Below are positions 59,601-64,000 of a stretch of 64,000 bases of DNA, piece after piece (position 1 is the first letter of the stretch; every line of letters begins with the position of its first letter). Below the pieces are notes generated by a model. That model made no database searches. It was not told the origin of the DNA and saw only the letters and a program-made list of their open reading frames with translations. The stretch spans positions 5,952,001 through 6,016,000 of the forward strand of contig CATNEN010000038.1 in NCBI GenBank assembly GCA_950097015.1, read 5' to 3'. This DNA is from Macrostomum hystrix. Lineage: Eukaryota; Animalia; Platyhelminthes. Position numbers and translations under genes: made by a program.

Positions 59601-60563
59601 GATTCTTCTTCTCTGCCGAGGAAAACAAGGAAGGGCTTATTTTCTTCTTTTGAAAGCAGCTCCCACCCCAGCAGACAAGCGAGAGACGCGCCTTCTGTTT
59701 TTCAGTCTTAGATCCGGTAGCGACCATGCGGGCGTTGAGTCTGCCAACGACACAGCGAGAGTGCGTGATGGCTCCGATAGCCGACTGTCAGATGGAGAAC
59801 CTGACACCAGCTTCAGCTACTATCGTTTGACCTTGCAGCCAACTCTCTCCGCTATCCATATATTTTTCAGATAAGAATACAAATAAACAGAGTCAATCAC
59901 TTGTCAAGAACCTGTCGTTGACGCTTCTGAACGGGAATTCCTTTAAACCCTTGAAATTCTGCAGATCGTCGGCCTGAGGACCAGCCACACAGCCACCAGC
60001 CGCACGTGGACGCTCAACTTCCGGATCAGCAGGGCCATCTGGTCCTGAGGAATCGTCACTCGCTGCAGCCTGAGCAGAAGCCTCGAGAGCGGCTTCACCC
60101 AGACGGCCCGACTGCTGCGCCAATCTGCCGGCTGCAGTACCAGCATCCGGTGAGCGACTACCAGCAGTGGCAGTACCACTTCCGGACCAGCAACCTTCGC
60201 CAAAGCCTGATGCAGCGGGCTCGACACCGAAGCCTCCGCATGTTCTCGATCATCATCCTGGCCTTCGTGCTGCTGTGGTTACCCTACTGGCTCTTGTACG
60301 TAGCCACCTGCGTGCATCACTTCGCCCAGGGCCGCTACCCGGAGCTCATCGACGGCCTGAGCCGTTTTGTCTTCTGCTTCGGAATGTGCGTCAGCGCTGT
60401 CAACCCGCTGATCTACGGCTCCTACGATCGTCAGTTCTGTGGCGTCTGCCGTCCCCGCCTGCGGAGCCGAGGGGCGGCTGCTGCGGCTGCGGCCGCCGCG
60501 GTGACTGCCGGAGCGCATAGAGGTCAACGTCGGCATCGTCAGAATCTGCGCACTGCAGTTTGA
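53660..60563 (+). CDS. Rhodopsin-family neuropeptide GPCR, corazonin/GnRH/AKH receptor type; 4 exons, about 457 aa
   Basis: Exons 53660-54010, 58248-58448, 59131-59353, 59965-60563 (GT-AG, phases 0, 0, 1). Motifs HLLTADVLV, TVQWIAGDPMC, IAVDRA, ECL2 RGPWRTSFYQCV, RARHRSLRM, FVLLWLPY, NPLIYG. Confidence 0.9.
54099..54312. repeat. Minisatellite, 20-bp unit GAATCCCACCCACTCATCCA, about 10 copies
   Basis: Reverse complement of the 56584-57560 array. Preceded by a B-box-like GAGTTCAAATCC. Confidence 0.9.
54731..56188. repeat. G-rich minisatellite, 35-bp unit GGGGAGCGGATTAATGAGGATCTGGGAGAGGGTTT, about 41 copies
   Basis: Periodicity read directly, in GPCR intron 1. Confidence 0.95.
56584..57560. 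repeat. Minisatellite, 20-bp unit TGAGTGGGTGGGATTCTGGA, about 48 copies
   Basis: Exact 20-bp register. Confidence 0.96.
58465..58600. repeat. (TTTG)n microsatellite
   Basis: Read directly. A similar degenerate tract lies at about 51935-52080. Confidence 0.9.
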
Positions 60564-61467
60564 CAGCACACTGCAGAGTCTGTCAGAAGGTACTGACATG
60601 GATTCCTGACTAACGACTCGTTTAATCCGTTTGATTTGGTTCGACTGTTCATTTCTGAGTACAATAGCTCATAAATTACGAGCAAAATTATGTCTACTCG
60701 TAATTGCCTCCCAATGAACATTCCCCTGCTAATCCATGATCAAGGCACCCCCAGGTAAATGTAACTGCAAATAGCCACTAACCGATGGCCCTGACTTTCT
60801 GTGTCACATTTTCAGTACAAAAGGAAATTTTAGTAAATGAGGTAAAATTAAATCTATTTAATAAACCTGATTGCAAATCATGATTGCCCAGTGTTTTCCG
60901 ATCGCAATTGTTTTCTTTAGTACATTCCTTATCCGTGAGGTTATTGTAGCCAGCTCAGAAATAAAAGGAAATCGAACTCCAGGCCAGCCTTTCTCTGCAG
61001 ACGGAAATTTTTAACTTAAATATCCTATTTTTCCAATTCTGGCAAGGAAATCGAATTTTATCGGTTTGAAAATAGCTGGATTGACATTTGAACCAAATTT
61101 AGACTTGTTTATTGTTTACTTTCATTGTTTCCCTCAAAAAAAGTTTGTCTCAGCGCTAAGCAAAACAAATCGAGGTAAAAATACACTAAAAATGCTTTTT
61201 TAAACACAATTCGTATAATTTCCGTGTGACACAAATATTTGCAAGTGTATTTCAGATCGAACAGATTTTGTTTTACTTTATTTAATAAAATTATGTTTTC
61301 GGTGTTAATCATTGGAAAATGAATTTGTTCAGTCGAATCATTAGCCGAAAATTATAGACGCAACAAGCTACTTAGTTGCGCCAAAATCAAGTAGTAGGAA
61401 GAGCATGTTGCTATTAAAATATCATATTTTCTTTCACGTTTCTTGCAGTGTGTCATCTTCTTTAATT

Positions 61468-61708
61468 CTCCTGTACTTCAGGGAGTCAACCTCCTGTTGT
61501 TCATGGTGTCAACCTCTTGTACTTCATGGTGTCAACCTCTTTAAGTCTCCTGTACTTAAGGGTGTCAACCTCTTTAAGTCTCCTGTACTTCAGGGAGTCA
61601 ACCTCCTGTTGTTCAGGGTGTCAACCTCTTGTACTTCATGGTGTCAACCTCTTGTACTTCATGGTGTCAACCTCTTTAAGTCTCCTGTACTTCAGGGTGT
61701 CAACCTCC
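61468..61708. repeat. Compound tandem repeat of GTGTCAACCTC and TGTACTTCA modules
   Basis: About 9 variable-length units. Confidence 0.85.
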
Positions 61709-63577
61709 AAAAAATGAAGGGTTCGTAAAATCAAGCTAAATTTTTGGATCCATCCTCCAATTAAGAGACACTTTAAAGCATTTGACAAATAGTTGTCGAT
61801 GCAAAAAGTCAGTCAGATGGGCTCTCATGAATTGTCTCAAACTTGGCGATAGCATGAAAATTTCATTGGACTCAGCGGTCCAGTTCACTTGTCGACGCTG
61901 AGTGGGGGTTTCTGTTAGATCCCACAGACAGACATTTTCTGTCCCATTCCGGACAAATTCAGCCCAGAACTCATCGCCCCGGACTTCAGAATCTGAAAAT
62001 GGAAGAAAATCTGAAATTTCGGCAAAGAAGTCTGGGCCATCATCATCATGTCCCCCAGGGGGGGGGACATCAGCAAAGTCACCCGCCCAAGCGCAATTCA
62101 ACACGATAAGGCACTCAGGCAAATTATCCACCCCCATAGACAAGACCTCCCCCGGGTTGCTTGAACAAAAACAGTCAGATAAGAAAACTATTTTTTCAGA
62201 CTTATCGGGCTGTTTGGGTCACTTGGGTTCTGTCAGTGTCGCGATGTCGCGGTGCCATCGAGGAGGCCACTTCTATTCATCGCTGACCCCTGAGCACACA
62301 TTTGATGACATTCTCATCGCAAATCAGAGCACATTCTCCCTCTGTGACTGGTCTCACTAGCATGAATCGAACAGAACGACTCCAAGCCACTGTCCTTTAC
62401 CCAAGCCTCAGTCGACTAGTGAATCCGACAGTCATCTTTTGAAGGAAAAGCAACTATGTATAATCCTAGAAGTCTTTGCCTCAGAGGATAAACATAGAGT
62501 AACAATAGTGCTCCAAGGCCCTGCCAAATTTGGAAGCATCCAAAGGCACCAACTGCAGGCACAACATCCCCCCCAACTGCTCAAGTTCTTAAGTTCTTAG
62601 GCCTCCGGCCTGCAGCGGAAAGCGTGGCAGCCTCTTTGAAGAGAGCAAAAACGGATTAGCATATTTTTATTAGGACTGTTGGAAGAAAAACGCTTGCGAA
62701 ATCCCAATCTCCGCCCGCTCAGAATTCCCTTAGCTATTGCCGAGATCGGCCATCCTGTGAGAAATTCTCCAAGGCCTTAATTGGCTCCGATTTTGGGAGA
62801 AGCTCGAGCACTTTTCTATTGGGAAATCTCTGCAAATTTTTGTACGCAAAGGTGGCACATGTGGCCAAGATTTTTATCGTCAGAGTTCCGTGGACGTTCG
62901 AGTTTATTTCGATACTACGAGGAAAGGGAGAAAGGGAGAAAGCGATGGCACTTTCTGATATTCTGCAACGAATTATACACCTGACCACTTCATCCGCATT
63001 AGCTCATCCGATACTTTAGCCACAGCCTCAGCCATTCCAGTCGCTAAGCCGATTTCAGATTTCAAACTCCGGTGCAGTTCGCTGAACAGGCCACTCGCTG
63101 TCGACAAAAATCTGCGGAGACACTTTCAACTTTTTTACTTCTGTTCCAAGGAAAATTCCGACCAGATTTTTTTCTCTCTCCGCCTCATCCCCGCCCACCC
63201 TCCCCACCCCAACGAAGGGTTTGGAGGAAAACGCAATTTCCGCGCGGAGACAGCGTCAATCAGCGACATCCACCATCGAAGCGACGAGAAAATTTCCAGC
63301 GGACCAACTCGGCAGCCTCCGGGGGCTAACTGGGGGTACGTGGGGGCGACCGAGTGTTGACGGACCGCTGCCAACCGCGACCTCCCCAGTCGAATCATCC
63401 CTGATGCTGTCAGCTAGCTGACTGACCTCGATAATGAGGCCGTCGAGCAGTCCGAATGGAGTCGTCAGTTTGCCGCCAATCACTGCCTGGAATCAGGGAG
63501 CAGGGAGCAGAGGCGATGGAGCAGGGAAGAGAGGCTGGAAAACAGGACAAACTGAATTAGGTCTGCGCTGGGAAACA

Positions 63578-63782
<205 letters not shown>

Positions 63783-64000
63783 GTTAGTGTATGAGTGTTT
63801 AGATAGACCTTTCGTCCGTTTGAAAGCCTCCTTACGTGGACCCTCCGTTTTACGTGGACCCCTTAAGTGGACCACCATATAATTTTTTTCTGACAAGTTT
63901 TGTGTGGGTCTAGACCGACCCACAGTGTAGCTTAGAGCTCTGTGATACTGTGTTTGAAAGTATACTACTTAAAGTATTGCCGTTTGGAAGTTATTAGAAT

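Noticed and set aside
59706-59830. Possible extra GPCR exon in intron 3
   Set aside because: An acceptor-like site exists but no phase-1 donor before a stop, and exon 3 joins exon 4 in frame without it.

Overview
This is eukaryotic (metazoan) genomic DNA, AT-rich and dense in repeats. The spliceosomal introns, Mag-type Gypsy elements, corazonin/GnRH-type receptor and heavy minisatellite load suggest a lophotrochozoan such as a free-living flatworm; this is inference, not verified. The left half (1-33 kb) is mostly transposable elements: (1) two Ty3/Gypsy LTR elements, each missing part of its integrase, one also holding a nested solo LTR; (2) a TA-flanked MITE; (3) a non-autonomous Helitron whose body is two satellite arrays; (4) a 5'-truncated RTE-type LINE; (5) an apparently intact 6-kb autonomous Helitron. 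A compact 2-exon non-RD Ser/Thr kinase gene sits among them. The right half holds two multi-exon host genes on the + strand: a class II Rab11-FIP (FIP3/4/Nuf-like, 12 coding exons) and a corazonin/GnRH-type GPCR (4 exons). Their introns and flanks carry about 15 unrelated tandem arrays, a deleted mariner and LINE/SINE fragments. Tandem arrays make up roughly a quarter of the window. The leads most worth checking are the satellite-carrying Helitron, a minisatellite built from a real 5' splice site, an LTR element with an in-frame integrase deletion, inverted satellite arrays in the GPCR intron, and a kappaB/ETS-like motif cluster upstream of the kinase. All calls were made by eye and no database searches were run.
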